Positions 44,106 to 57,674 of a DNA stretch of 64,000 nt are shown one piece after another (within the stretch, counting starts at the first letter, position 1; each line of letters opens with the position of its first letter). Below the pieces are notes generated by a model. The model worked only from the letters and a program-made list of their open reading frames with translations, was not told where the DNA came from and did not search any database. This DNA is from Lobosporangium transversale. Its lineage: Eukaryota. The stretch lies in assembly GCF_002105155.1 (NCBI RefSeq), contig NW_019029009.1:310001-374000 (forward strand), read 5' to 3'. The position numbers and the translations under genes are program-made.

Positions 44106-46072
44106 CACGACCCTGATCTGTGCCCACCAACCGTTCTTGATCGTCATTTTCCTTTGTCTTTGAAAATTATCTCTTCATCGGTCAACTGACTATAATGAAC
44201 AAACGACAAGGGATCCTTATGATGATCACGAATGGCCATTAACAAAGCACACCTTGGTCATCGGCACACCAGGGGTTTGATATCCCTTGATCTGCTATGA
44301 CATCATTTATGTCAAGTCTCATTCCATGGACAAGTCTGTCGTTGTTTGAGTGTTTTTCCTATCATTACCCACCACTAACAAGATCGGAAGGGGGGCTTTA
44401 TAATCTATTAATGATAATAGAGTCTCTGAAATTAAGGATGCCAAACTAATTTTTAATCAAGCATTCAAGAATGTGCAGGACGTAGTCGGCCGTGAAAACA
44501 TGCGATTCCCCAAGGAAATCATTTGGTTGATGGGTGCTCCAGGATCAGGAAAAGGCACCCATACACCCGCCATTTTACGTGCTAGAGGCATCACAAACCC
44601 ACCTATTTCCATGTCATCACTTCTGTCAACACCTGAATGTAAAGAGCTGATAAACAAAGGCCTCATGATCAGTGACGGGAAGGTAGTCGAGAATTTGTTG
44701 AATGCCCTGCTGGATTGTGAGCCAGAAGTGGGTGTACTGGTCGACGGGTTCCCAAGAAGCGAGGTCCAGGTTGAATGCTTGAAGTTGTTTCATGAGAGAA
44801 TGCATGAGTTACGAAAAGAGTTTAAACATACACCTTTGAAAGACTTCTTCCCCAGACCTACCTTCCGTATCTGCGTGTTATATGTGGACGAAGAAATCTC
44901 GGTTAACCGACAATTAATGCGCGGAAAGTTGGTGAAAGAGCACAACGCACAAGTTCTTCGATCTGGCAAGGGTGAAATTAAGGAAGAGCGCGTTACTGAC
45001 TATGATGAGATGGTAAAATAGTACATTGCCTTTTCATGAAATAATAGCTGCTTTTAAGGTGAAGGGGGGAGGTTTTTTTTTTGTCTAACTCGGTCTTGAT
45101 TCGTTATTTTCTTGCGCCTATAGCTCATCCGCGCCAGATATCAGATTTTCAAGGACCACTACTCGTGTTTATTGAAGCTCAGCAAAATTTTCCCATTCCG
45201 TAAGTGTTGGCATCAAAGCTGAGTGTGTGCGAAAGACGGTTACAAGTTTAATTGTCTAACACCTTTCATTAATATCTATAGACTTGATCAACGCTGTTGG
45301 AAGTATTGACAGTGTGATGCGCATTATCCTCAAGGAGTTTGAATATCAATCTTCGTTAGAGCTAGAGCATGACACCTATGAAGCCATTTCACATATCCCT
45401 CTTGCCACCAAGATTGGTGTTCATGCGTAAGTAATTTATATATTCAGGGTGTTTTATGGTATCATATTACATTTATTATCAGCTAGCTGATGCTTTATAT
45501 ATATCTCTACCTCCGAACAATAGACGCCAGGATCTAATTAGACGACTGGAGCATTATTGCGAGGCAGAGCCTGAGATCTTTGCTAAAGCTGTCGGCTTTA
45601 TTGACCAGGAAGTGACTCCTATGGTCGCTCGCCATGCCATCAGTGGGCAGGCACTTGTGAGATCGTAAGGATATATGACTACCTAAGAGGAAATGAATCC
45701 AGAGTATGCACACATAAATTAATCTTCTGCAATTTCGTTTTTGCTCTGATCAGTCAAAATCCAATCTTGTCAGACCCCAAGATTGTCGAAATTGTCATTA
45801 GCATTCTGTCAGAACGTGGATATGCTGTCACCATGGATGAACGTGTTCATGAGACACCCAAACGAGTGGACCCTGAGACATGGCAGATTATTCTCGATCG
45901 GTAAGTAGCGGCAGTAGCACATGTCTCTCTTTTTTTTTTTTTTTTTTTTCCCATTGTCATGTGTATTAACTTTTTTTTTTTTTTTTTTTTTTTGATCTTT
46001 AGAACACATGTCTATGCCTTGAACGTTCGCTTCCCTCAACATCACATTCAACCTCTGGAACAAAAGTTTTAG
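43510..46072 (+). CDS. Adenylate kinase-like P-loop kinase with probable mitochondrial presequence and long C-terminal extension; multi-exon
   Basis: GAPGSGKGT P-loop, VLVDGFPRSEVQ; Arg/Ser/Thr-rich, acid-free N-terminus; spliced through to ..LEQKF* at 46072. Confidence 0.85.
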
Positions 46073-46351
46073 TCGTCTGGAGCGTCTTTTTCTTTTTCTC
46101 GGGGCATCATTTGCATTATTTCAATTTCTATTTTAAAGTCTTAGATTTCCAGACAAGAACGTTTATGCCCTATACCTCGAAAGCTAGCCTTTCACTCCTC
46201 CTCTCCACTTCATTCTCCTTTTAATGGATACCAACGTGTTCATTTGTAAAACGCGTTAGCCTTTCATATGCCTTCCATTTTTCTTTTTTTTTTTTTTCTG
46301 TTTGATGAATATGTATACTATTTGATGAATAGATAATAAAAAAAACACATG

Positions 46352-46386
<35 letters not shown>

Positions 46387-46391
46387 TTTAT

Positions 46392-47198
46392 TTAATCATC
46401 GTCTGATCCTTTCGATTTCTTTGCTGTTGTCAGTTGTGACGCATTATCAATGGGCATGTCATTCCTCTTTTTGTTTGTCTGCTGTTGTTCCTTGGGCAGC
46501 TCTAAGCAGGCACCATCCACTTCACCAGGATCAGCTTCCATAACCAAATCAACTTCATCCTTCTCGCGCTGTTCCGCCTCCTCGTCATCATCGCCATAGA
46601 TACCCCCTTTAGGCCTGTATGGATTATCATCTTTCATTTCTACATCCTCTGATGGTGTCGCTACAGGAATAGTTGCGGATGAAATGGATGCACCTTCAAG
46701 AGTAGGTGTTACTGTGGTTGAAGCATCGGATGATGATGGATTTGAGTTCTGCTCTTTGCCCTTTGTAATTTCCTTCGTGCTCTGCTCCTGTTCCTGCCCC
46801 TGTTCTTGTTCCTGCTCTTGTCCTTGTTGCTGCCGTTGTTGTTGCTTTTTAGTTTGACCCTTCTTGCTGTTATTAGGTTGACCAGGGACTTTTGTCCTCA
46901 GCTTGGTATTGACACTTGGGTCTTTGTCCGTCGTCTCTGAGAGGACACCCTGCTGGACTAGACGTTCTGTTAATTTCGTATTGATGGATTCTTGGATAGT
47001 GGACAGCGCCTTTGCGAGTGCTTCTAAGTATAGCTCCTTCTTGGTCTGTGCGGAATCGTCAGCAGCACCACTGCCGTCATTGGAGAGAAGAATGGGCGTC
47101 TCGAAGGTCAAGGACCCTGAGGTATTTTCAGCCGAATTAGCAGTCCCTGTTGTGGTTTCGGCGCTATAAGTTGCTGTGATACTTGGTACTGAACTCAT
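46392..47198 (-). CDS. Gon7-like (EKC/KEOPS subunit) protein with low-complexity extension
   Basis: ITATYS..LTFE and YLEALAKALSTIQESINTKLTERL resemble the Gon7 core; YGDDDEE acidic motif. Confidence 0.6.
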   Translation of the reverse strand: MSSVPSITATYSAETTTGTANSAENTSGSLTFETPILLSNDGSGAADDSAQTKKELYLEALAKALSTIQESINTKLTERLVQQGVLSETTDKDPSVNTKLRTKVPGQPNNSKKGQTKKQQQRQQQGQEQEQEQGQEQEQSTKEITKGKEQNSNPSSSDASTTVTPTLEGASISSATIPVATPSEDVEMKDDNPYRPKGGIYGDDDEEAEQREKDEVDLVMEADPGEVDGACLELPKEQQQTNKKRNDMPIDNASQLTTAKKSKGSDDD

Positions 47199-47554
47199 TG
47201 TGAGAGGAGGCTAATGGAGGTGTAGCGATTTTTTTTTTAAACCAATGGCAAAACCTCCATGCTAGTGAGTGTCCTTCTGTGCGGCTTGGACTTCTGTTTG
47301 AGAGCTAAACTTTTCTATTTCCCAGAAAAATTCACTCCAATAAAGGATCATGTTATTATTTCCATTCAATATACTCCGAAAAAAACTAGAGAATTCGTTC
47401 AGTATTGCTCTAAAACGCTTGAAACCTTCAGGGATGATGCAAAATATGATATTATATGCCTCTAGATGCCTCTAACTATTTAATATCAAGATATAGTGAG
47501 CTTCAATGGTGGAGTAACAAAATGCACACGCGTCTTGATAAAGATTTGGAGTAT

Positions 47555-48150
47555 CACTCGATATTTGTCGGGTGCCAAGATCAGTAAGGCTGCCTAACGT
47601 ATGGTCATGGCAGTATTGGTACTCGACATAAGCTGGCATTTCCGCGCCATTGGGCATTATCATCGGCTTTCTAGTAGCAGCAATTTTCTTGCTGTGCAGC
47701 CTTGCTTGATCCTGGGCCATCAGCTCTTTGATTGACCTGAAGTACCTCCTTTTGAAGTATTTCTGAAACGACGACTCAACGAGATCAAAAAACTTGTTTT
47801 TATTATTGTTGCCAGGTGGGAACCTTTTATTAAGGTCCCACCATGACCGTCACACAAGGTTCTGACCTTATGAATAAAAATGGAAATGCCAGCTAACAAT
47901 GGATCCTTCGAACAACTACTGTTGGCATATGCAATATCTGATAAGAGCTGGCGAACAGCAAGGACCCTCTCTCCTTGAAAACTTCACTAACAAACTCGAG
48001 CTCGAGTCCTTCGATCTTTTCCTGTGGGATGCCGCTCGCTGGAAAATGCAAGACTTTATCCTGAGAGGCTCGTTCCGGCTCGTCTTTGATATGTTTGAGG
48101 GCAAAATTGGCAGCGGCATGAGTGGCATGCTCTCTCGGTGATCAGGACGA
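47555..48150 (-). mobile_element. Degenerate Mutator/MULE-like transposase N-terminal (FAR1/WRKY-GCM-type DNA-binding) relic
   Basis: IKQGCTA (47710-47690), then across a frameshift ..AYVEYQYCHDHTLGSLTDLGTRQIS, i.e. a K-x-GC-x-A...H-x-H pattern; broken frames upstream; no DDE domain or TIRs seen. Confidence 0.5.
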
Positions 48151-48625
48151 ATCATTTGTTGTTGTCAGGAATCGATAGCTTCAGCAGACCCATTGTCTCT
48201 GTAGTAGCACTGAACAATTTCCTGAACATTCTGGCTTTATGATAGGAAACAAGCATTCAAATAGGCCCTGGGTGACAGTCAATATTTTTTCATGACTTTA
48301 AAGACGAAGACTGAAGAAAGAGAGGACTTTCGACGGTAATAATTGGAGTGAAGGAAATGAGGAAACGGCGATCATTGAAGTAGGAGACTCTTTCCTTGGT
48401 CCCAGCCTGTCAGTGAGTGCTAGTATTGCACAAAAGCTACACAGGCTGGTGACGACTGACGAGTCATACCAGTTACCAGGAGCACATTCCATTCCTGGAC
48501 CAAAAAAAAAAAAAAAAAAAAAAAGGTATCTACAAGAGCAAGCCACATTTGCCGTTGCACATGTTTTTTATCCTAGGTAACAAGCTTATGTTTGTCAACA
48601 TCCACCTCTTCATTGGTCATTCACC

Positions 48626-50051
48626 ATGGATTCAAAAGAAGCACTTCCCGATACGACACAAGCAGCGGTCTTTATGGCATCAGCCGAGATGCCCAAGGGC
48701 TCTGTTGTGATCAAAGGCCCCGACTTTAACCAGACTGTTACACTGGACTCGCTCCTCTCAACATTCATTACTTCAGGCTTTCAGGCTTCAGCCATGGGTC
48801 GTGCAATTGAGATCATCAACGAAATGCGTCTGTGGCGTCTCTCAGACGAACCTTTGCCTGAACCCACATCCGACAGCGCTGTTGATCCCCAGTTACTGGA
48901 TCCGGAATATCGTCAATCAGTCAAATGCAAGATCTTTTTGGGCTATACTTCTAATCTGGTCTCGTCCGGTGTTCGTGAGGTGATCTGCTTCTTGGTTCAA
49001 CATAAACTAGTCGATTGTCTGGTCTCATCCGCAGGAGGGGTCGAAGAGGATTTCATCAAGTGTTTAGCACCAACTTACTTGGGTGATTTCAGTTTGGAGG
49101 GCACTAAACTGAGGAAGCAAGGTCTGAACAGGATCGGTAACCTGTTGGTCCCGAATGACAACTATTGTAAATTTGAAGATTGGGTGGTCCCTATTCTGGA
49201 TAAGATGTTGGAGGAACAGAACGATGAGAAGATCAAGGCTCATTGGACCCCTAGCAGTGTGATCAGGAGGTTAGGCAAAGAAATTGCACATGAAGAATCG
49301 ATCTACTACTGGGCATATAAGGTAATAATACCCTTAAAAAAATATATCGAACGATATGAGAGAAAAATGTAGGAACTGGAATATATTTGAATCAACTCCT
49401 TTACTAATTAAGATGGCTTATATGTATACTGTTGGAACACCCTATAGAACGACATTCCAGTCTTTTGCCCGGCACTGACGGACGGATCGCTTGGTGATAT
49501 GATCTACTTTCACTCGTACAAGAGCCCTGGGTTGATCATTGATATTGTTTCTGACATTCGAGCCATGAACAACCAGGCAGTATTTGCAAAGAAGACTGGA
49601 GTCATCATCCTTGGCGGAGGTGTTGTCAAGCATCATATTTGCAATGCAAACCTTATGGTAAGAGCAACTGAAATCAATATAATTTTAAATGTGAGAATGT
49701 TGTTATTGTGCCATTGTAGCACTTACCTAAAACTTTAAAAAAAGAAAAAGGAAACAAAGAGTGAGACTTAAAGCTAGTCCAAACTCATATCGAAATCAAT
49801 GCTTAACACTGCTCTGACATCTATCAAAATAGCGTAATGGAGCAGACTATGCAGTCTTTATCAACACGGGGCAAGAGTTCGATGGCAGTGATGCGGGCGC
49901 CAGACCTGATGAGGCTGTTTCATGGGGGAAGATCAGGATGGATGGCAAGTCAATCAAGGTCCATACGGATGCAACAATTGCGTTTCCTCTGATTGTTTCA
50001 CAAACGTTTGCAAAAGATTTCCCTAGAAAGAAGGCTGAAGGACCTCAATAG
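48626..50051 (+). CDS. DYS1: Deoxyhypusine synthase (3 exons)
   Basis: [79 protein letters not shown]. Confidence 0.97.
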
Positions 50052-50882
50052 ACAATAGAAGCTGAAAAAAAAAAAAAAAAAAAAAAACCCCCTATAGAGA
50101 TTCATTAGACCCAATAAACTTGTACAATATTATGCTGCTAGCCCTTAGCTGCCATTTTTTTCACGAAAAAAGAATAATAAAAAAAATAAAAAGTAAAAAA
50201 AAAAAAGATGTTGGCTGGGTGTGTGGTAACTCTTCGCTACTGTCATTTTATCTTGGATAACATATGCACAAGAAACCACTCTTTCCTGGAAAGAGCTTTG
50301 TGAAATTAATTCGCAACTAATTCGTATTGAATGGTTTCTCTGAGAGGGGAGGAGGCTTGAGTGGCATATGAGGCCAATTATGACAAGCATGAACATTAAA
50401 CCCATCACTAACGGACCCATTCTAGCCTCAATCCTTTGCCTTGGCTATAAACGCGTACTCTGCAGATAGAGGCTATACAGAGGGCCATCCTAAAACCAGT
50501 CTATGGAACGCCTCTAACTGCTCTACAGCTCCTTTTATCTCCCACGGATTTAAATTGAGGGAAGGGCAAGAGGAGAGGAGGCTGACCGGTGGACTGCTTG
50601 GCTGGCTGGCGATCTTTGGTCTGACAGTACCATGACTCGTGCGCTTCAAGCTCAAACCCATGAAGGAAAAAGAGTAAAGGAAGGAAGAAGGAAAAAAAAA
50701 GAAGTGATAACTCTCGTTCAAAACGGGTATAAAAAGCCCTCGCTATCGCACCGTCATTTACGGTACCAACACTAGCATTTTCAAATCTTACTCTCACAAA
50801 AGCACTACCTTTTACCAGCACTTAACCACTACTACCATTACTTCTGCCAGTATTTCCAAAGTCTTTCCCCTACTCCATCACC

Positions 50883-51794
50883 ATGTTTTTTATTAAACAC
50901 TGTACTCTGACCTTTGCTATCTTCTTGGCAACCTCTTTCGTGGCCCAAGCAGCGCCGGTGCCAACAACTGAAGCGCCTGTTCCCGTTGTCACAAGCATTG
51001 TTCAGGAAGGTGCTCTCTGGATCGATAACAATACAGAGCACATCCCTGTGATTAATGCAGCTGAAGCTAGTGAAGGCAGTCATGGCTACCGTCGTGCTGT
51101 GAATAGCCAGCCATACTATCCACCGGGGTACCCAGTCTCTCAAGCTGCTGAGAATGCTCTTCCACGCATTTATCCAGGGCACCCGGTCACCGCGGCTCCT
51201 AAGTCGGTCGTTGCTCTTGTGTCGAAGCCGCAGGAAGGCTCCAAGGATTTAGTTAAACGAAGGATGCCTGTCTACAAGGACTACAATGAGGGAGATGAGG
51301 ATGAAGACAAGGTTAAGAAGGACGAAGAAGAGCAAGAGGAGGACCAAGAAGAGGAACAAGAAGAGGAAGAAGAAGAGGAGGAGGAAGAGGAGGAGGAAGA
51401 GGAGGAGGAAGAGGAGGAAGAGGAGGAAGAGGAGGAAGAGGAGGAAGAGGAGGAAGAGGAGGAAGAGGAGGAGGAAGAGGAGGAGGAAGAGGAGGAGGAA
51501 CAGGAGGAGGAAGAGGAGGAGGAACAGGAGGAGGAAGAGGAAGAGCTCTATCCACTTTCCGTTGACGAACTCGATACACTGTCTGAAAACGAGCCCTATA
51601 AGCCGTCCAATGAACAAGGTCATCCCAAGAAAGGACAGTCTGGAGGAAAGAGAGAGAAGAGGGCGGAAGAGAAGGTAGGAAAGAAGGGAAAGGTGCATGA
51701 AGATACTAAAGCCGGAAAGAAGGAAAAGAAGTACGAGAGCTTCCTTGATAAGATCCGGATGAACTGGTGCTATGTCATGTTCTGCAAGTACTAA
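50883..51794 (+). CDS. Predicted secreted protein with long poly-Glu tract
   Basis: Signal peptide (..ATSFVAQA|APV), upstream TATAAAAA near 50728, (GAG/GAA)n array ~51325-51546. Confidence 0.75.
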   Translation: MFFIKHCTLTFAIFLATSFVAQAAPVPTTEAPVPVVTSIVQEGALWIDNNTEHIPVINAAEASEGSHGYRRAVNSQPYYPPGYPVSQAAENALPRIYPGHPVTAAPKSVVALVSKPQEGSKDLVKRRMPVYKDYNEGDEDEDKVKKDEEEQEEDQEEEQEEEEEEEEEEEEEEEEEEEEEEEEEEEEEEEEEEEEEEEEEEEEEEEQEEEEEEEQEEEEEELYPLSVDELDTLSENEPYKPSNEQGHPKKGQSGGKREKRAEEKVGKKGKVHEDTKAGKKEKKYESFLDKIRMNWCYVMFCKY

Positions 51795-52298
51795 AGGGAA
51801 AAAAAAAACTCCCTCCCACCACTTTGAAACGAGTCTGACGCGTTTTGTTAAGCAAAGGAAGAGGACTGTCTCTTCATCACTCCCTTCCATAACCATAGAA
51901 AATCTATAGACATATTAAAACGCGTTCATATGACATTTTTTAATAAAAAAAAAAAAAGCATTGAGCTCAATCTGCTTTTTAGTCGTGTACTTCAATACAC
52001 TCGCCATTTCTTTATATTTCCTTAATTCAAGCTATTCCAACATTCTAGCCTCAAGCTCCTTTTATAACCATACATTGAGCATCTATTATGTTTGAAATTT
52101 GCTTCATTTGTTATTTTATCTTTTTTTTTTTTTTTTTTTTTTTTTTTGCTTCTATTCACTTTATCATCATTTGTTGATGTTTTTATGTAATTTAATCAAG
52201 AGGGGGAGAAAGAGTGGGGGAGTGAAGGAGTAAGGAAAGTAGAAAGGCGTTCAATTTTTTTTTTCTTTTCTTTTCTTTTTCTTTTTTATTACTTTGTT

Positions 52299-53458
52299 TT
52301 ATTCTGCACGGGCACCACGCTTGGCAACCATGACTTCATCCGAAGCATCAATACCAAGGGCGTCCAGAAGGCCATCATGAGGATAGGTACGGCGTTCGAA
52401 ATGAGGCTCGGGCAAAGTCTCCTTGAGAAGGTATCCAAAGCCTATGAAAGCAGCGGCAGCAGTCAAAAGGCGCTTCACACCCAATGAGGCAGGGAAGATC
52501 CAGACATCAGGAGAAAAGATGTTGAGCATCTCATCTTCCTCAGGGACCTATAAGGAATAAATAATTAAAATAAAACAAATTAAAATAAAATAAAAAGACA
52601 AAAAATATATACGGTTTTCATAGAAGCAAAAATAAAGAAAAAGAACAAAAAAAATAAAATAAAATAAAATAAAGAGGTGAAGTCCTTTATGGCAACAAGA
52701 CAAGGATATATTGATAGATCTGTCCTTATCCGTGTCAAGATGAATAGGGTTATTGTGCAGACACAACTAATAAGACACTCTTTGTCGTTTTCAATCGCGT
52801 CTTTTCTTTTTTTTATGGGTTCCTGATATTGTTTATGCAATTGCTCGTATAGAGAAAGATATTTCATCCTGCATTGATGCTAACGCACCTAACTCATCCG
52901 TATCGCTTCATTTCTGCGATATTCTTCTGTTCATAATCCAATTGCCATGTCCAATAGCCTCCTTGATCATATTATCAATTAGCCCTCATTATCACTTTTT
53001 TTTTTTTTTTTTTTTTGTTTGTTTCCTTCGGATCAGAATTGAGTTCCCCTTTCATCCTGGATTTCCGCTCTGAAATGAGGTAAAATATGAAAAAATAAAA
53101 ATATAAAAAAATATAATATAATATATATATCCGGATATCTGATTGTATGTGACATTACAGTTTCACCAAAGTTGCGACGATCCTGACGATCCGAGTATCC
53201 GGAAGCGATGCTTCCATCACGCCATTGCTGGTTGTACATTGGCAAGTTGGGATAGGATCCAATCTGAGTGTCGCCAGTGATCTTGTCACCAGGCAAAAAG
53301 CCGGTTTCATCACCAGGAATAGCAGGGTCGGCTCTGGTACCAGCATGACCATTCGAATGGGCAGTATGAGCAGCCCGAACCTGGGTCAAAGGGGAAGCAG
53401 TAGCTCTGCTGATAGCAGCAGAGACAGTGCGAGCCACTGGACGTGATGCACGCAGCAT
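52299..53458 (-). CDS. NDUFB8: NADH:ubiquinone oxidoreductase subunit B8 (ASHI), 2 exons
   Basis: Presequence; IGSYPNLP..QWRD..YSDRQDRRNFGET|VPEEDEMLNIFSPD; one TM; RRTYPHDGLLDALG. Confidence 0.88.
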
Positions 53459-53707
53459 GATGAATAATGTGATTGTTGAAGTAGGTATTTATAAAAAAGA
53501 TGAACTGAATCAATCAAGATCACCGCATGTCTTTACTTAATTTGCCATGTCCGGACCAGAGGGGCCTACCTCACCAAAAATCCCGAAGAGACAAGCCACT
53601 ATAATCAGGTGATTTCAAAAGCAAACCTTTGCCACTAATTTGTCGTCGCGGTCTTTTTTTTTTTTTTACACTTTTTTTTTCCACTTTTTTTTTTTTTTTT
53701 TTCCGCC

Positions 53708-55319
53708 ATGAATTCAGAAGACAATGGCTCTGCGAAAACTGTAAAAGGTTTCAAGATGCCTTCGCGCGAGGAATTAGAGGAGCGACGGAGGCAGCTTGAC
53801 GCGGACAAACCACCATTACTCTTCAAACCTAAAGGCATTATTAGTCTAGAGGACCCTTCTAATTCCAGTGGTCAGTCGTCTGGGAGTGCCACCAAACTCA
53901 ATACTCAGGATAGTACTCAAAAAACCCCTGGGATAGTAAGCTCTCGTCAACACTATCATCAACAACAAAAGCAGAAGCAGCAACAAGCCATCTCACCACC
54001 TATAGACGATGACTTTGGTTTTGAGGACGACCTAGGAGATGTCATACTGGATGATGATATCTTCGATATAGACAATGATACCCCTGCCATGACTAATGAT
54101 ACTAGCGCTAATAGTACAGGTGTCATTACCTCAGCGATACAGCCATCATCGTCATCATCATCCGCCGCTGCAACATCAGCAACAGCAGCAACAGCAGGAA
54201 CTACTACTGAGCAAGCAAATACCACTCCTGTATTTGTTCCAAAATCAAAATCAACTGTTGTTGTCAAACCTTCACAACGCGGGAATCCCTTGCTTCAATT
54301 CATCAAAAATGTACCTTACGAATATGGTGAGATCGTGCCTGATTTCATTGTTGGACTGACATCCTGTATCTTGTATTTAAGGTAAGGAATGCTTTGTGAC
54401 GATATATATTACCAATATTAGAAAAAATAATAAAATATTTAAAAGCTTCTTTTCTTTTTTTTTTCTTTTTTCTTTTTTTTTTTCGTTGGTGATTATTATC
54501 CCATTATTCTCATTATTGGCTTGTTTTCGTTCATGTAAGTATCCGGTATCATCGACTGCATCCGGAGTATATATATAATCGAATTTCTACGTTAGGAAAA
54601 ACATTCGTGCTTCGCGTCCTTTTGGTTCTTGTCGACGTGGTAAGTAGTCTCTAATTGCCCTTTCTCTCGTCGCTCCGATCTTTTTATTTATTTATTTCAT
54701 TTATTTATTGTGATTAATGGCGATTAATTGTAAAATATATACAATCCTTATTCTTTTTTTTTTTTTTTTTTTTTTTTATTATTAAATATATTTAAAGGAA
54801 ATGCATCAGCAAGCCATCCGCGAATTGACACGGGTGGCAATGCTAAATAACCTTACATTGGTCTGTGCATGGAGCAATGAAGAGGCTGCTCGTTACATTG
54901 AAACGTACAAAGCTTACGAAAATAAGGCCCCTGATGCTATCAAAGAGAGGATTAGCAACGACTATATTTCCAAATTGACAGACTGTTTGACTCAGATCCA
55001 GTCTATCAACAAGACTGATGTGGTAACACTTGCGTCGACATTTGGTGTAAGTAACGGGAAAATATGGACAAATAGCTATGCCTTTTTTTTTTTTTCTTCT
55101 TCTGATACTTATCCTCTCTGCTACAGCTTAAGATTCTCACACATTTTTTTTTTTTTGAAAAAAAAAAAAAAATAGTCGTTCAAGAATATCATGAATGCAC
55201 CTGCTGACGAATTGGGCGTATTACCAGGGTTCGGCGAACGTAAAGTGAAGAGACTGTTAGAAGCATTTGATCAACCTTTTGCAATAGACCCTAAAAAGAG
55301 ACGGCAACGTCGTCGATGA
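53708..55319 (+). CDS. ERCC1: DNA excision repair protein ERCC1/Rad10/Swi10 (4 exons)
   Basis: [75 protein letters not shown] (HhH). Confidence 0.95.
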
Positions 55320-55485
55320 TTATGTTGTAGAAAAGTATAGATGTAATTTATTTCAGTTTATTAAAGACTGTTCCATCATCTACAAGCTGGCTCTAGCTTT
55401 TTTGTTTTTTCTGGATGCTGATGTAATAATAGGACCTCTATGTGTCAAGCTGTATACTGTTTTCCCTGTACATTTGTTTTTCCCT

Positions 55486-57383
55486 CTATTCCTGGAGCAA
55501 GCTGTGGCCAGTCATCTCAGATGGGATATCCAAGCCCATAACACGGAGGATGGTGGGGGCAACATCGCACAGAGCGCCCTTGGTATCATTGAACTTGTGA
55601 GTGTTGCTGGTCATGACGAAGGGAACACGAGCACAGGTGTGAGCAGTGTGAGGGGTCGAGAAGTCATCGGACAACATCTTTTCAGCATTTCCGTGGTCAG
55701 CTGTGATAAAGAGGATGTAGTTGTGCTTCTTGCAAGCTTCATAGATGGCACCAATAGCAGCATCTGTGGCCTCGACACCCTTGATAGCAGCCTCATACAC
55801 ACCAGTGTGTCCAACCATGTCGGGGGGAGCAAAGTTGCACATGATGAAGGGGAACTTGCCTGTAGCAATCTCCTCAGCGACCTTCTCACCCACCTCAGCA
55901 GCTGACATCTCAGGCTTCAAGTCATAGGTAGCAACCTTGGGTGAAGCAATCAAGTCACGATGCTCAGCCTCGAACTGAGCCTCCGTTCCACCGTTGAAGA
56001 AGAATGTGACGTGAGCGTACTTTTCAGTCTCTGCAACGTGGCACTGAGGCACTTTCTTCTTGGCAAGCCATTCTGCCAAGACATTGGTCATGGACTGAGC
56101 AGGGAAGGCAACAGGGAAAGGGAAATCACTCTTGTATTGAGTCATGGTAGTGATGTGCAAGTTCTTTGGGACCTTGACCTCCATGGGTGTAGGACTGATT
56201 CCCAAGACTGAAGAGATCTCACGCATACGATCAGAACGGTAGTTGAAGCAGAAGATCGTATCATCATCACGGATCATTCCTTCCTCATTAACAATAATGG
56301 GCTTTAAGAATTCATCCGTGACATCTTTCTTGTAGTTGTCCTCAATAGCCTATTTGACAAAAATACAAAATAGATTAAAAACTAAAAGATAAAAAAAAAA
56401 AAAGCAAGTCATGAAATCAATCCTTCCTGATCAATGTAATCTTTAGTTTCCTTTTTTACCTGGACAGGGTCATTGGTCTTCTCACCCTCGCCACTGACAA
56501 GACCATCAACAGCGATCTTGATACGCTCCCAGCGCTTATCACGATCCATGGCATAGTAACGACCTGTAATCGTGGCCAACTTTCCATAGTTGATCTGCTC
56601 AATCTTTTCCAAGAGCTGTTTCAAGTATCCAGAAGCGGAGCGAGGAGAAGTATCACGACCATCGCCAAAGAAATGAATGTAGACCTCAGGAACACCAGCT
56701 TCCTTGGCAGCATCCAAAAGAGAGTAAAGGTGATTCTGGTGACTGTGAACTCCTCCATCCGAGATCTATATTTTGTATAAAAAAAAAAAAAGAGCATTTG
56801 GGGTTGGGAAGAAGGAACAGATTAGTTCTTTTTTTTTTTTTGTGGGAAATATTTTCTTTATCTCTGAATAACATAATACACACGAAACATTGATAAGGAA
56901 AAAAAGTAAAACAATTCATTAAAAAAAAAGAACTGTGCCCCAAACTTGAGCACAGACAAGAATTGAGATAAGCTTGATCGGTATTTAGTATTTCTTCCAA
57001 CCAATTTTGTTCACAAGTAAAGTTATAGAATACTTACCAAGCCCATAAAATGAAGACGACCGTTTCCATTCTTAGCATGCTCAAAGGAGGCCTTGATATT
57101 CTCCAATTGACCAAACTGCTTCTTGGAAGCTGCGAGATCAATGCGTACAATATCCTATTTAATTGAATAAAAAAAAAAAATAAAAAAAAAAAATAAAATA
57201 AAAAAGAATAAAGTATGAACAAAAATTAATCATTCATCAATTGGAACCTTTTTTTTTTTTTTTTTTTTTTTTTTTTCCGAGTAAACTGTGAAGGCAAAAA
57301 AAAAGAAAGAAAGAAAGAAAGAAAGAAAAAAAAAGGAAATCGAACAATGACCTCATCTGGCGTAACGTTTTCAATTGAGGAAA

Positions 57384-57417
<34 letters not shown>

Positions 57418-57674
57418 CGTACCTGATAGACAATACGACCAGCACCAATGTTCAAGTGGCCTACTTCAGAGTTACCCATGAGGCCATCAGGAAGACCAAC
57501 ATCAAGACCATGAGCACCCAAGGTCGTGAAGGGATACTCCTTCTCAAACTTGTTCATATATTGTGTCTTTGCGTTACGGATAGCATCACCACGGTCGTCC
57601 TTCTCAGGTGAGATGCCCCAGCCGTCAATGACGACGCAAACTACATTGTGCTTAACATCAGCGTTCTGAGCCAT
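55486..57674 (-). CDS. gpmI: 2,3-bisphosphoglycerate-independent phosphoglycerate mutase (4 exons)
   Basis: VIDGWG, MGNSEVGHLNIGAGR, GDGRDT, GRYYAMDRDKRW, AETEKYAHVTFFFNGG, DMVGHTG, ITADHGNAE. Confidence 0.97.
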
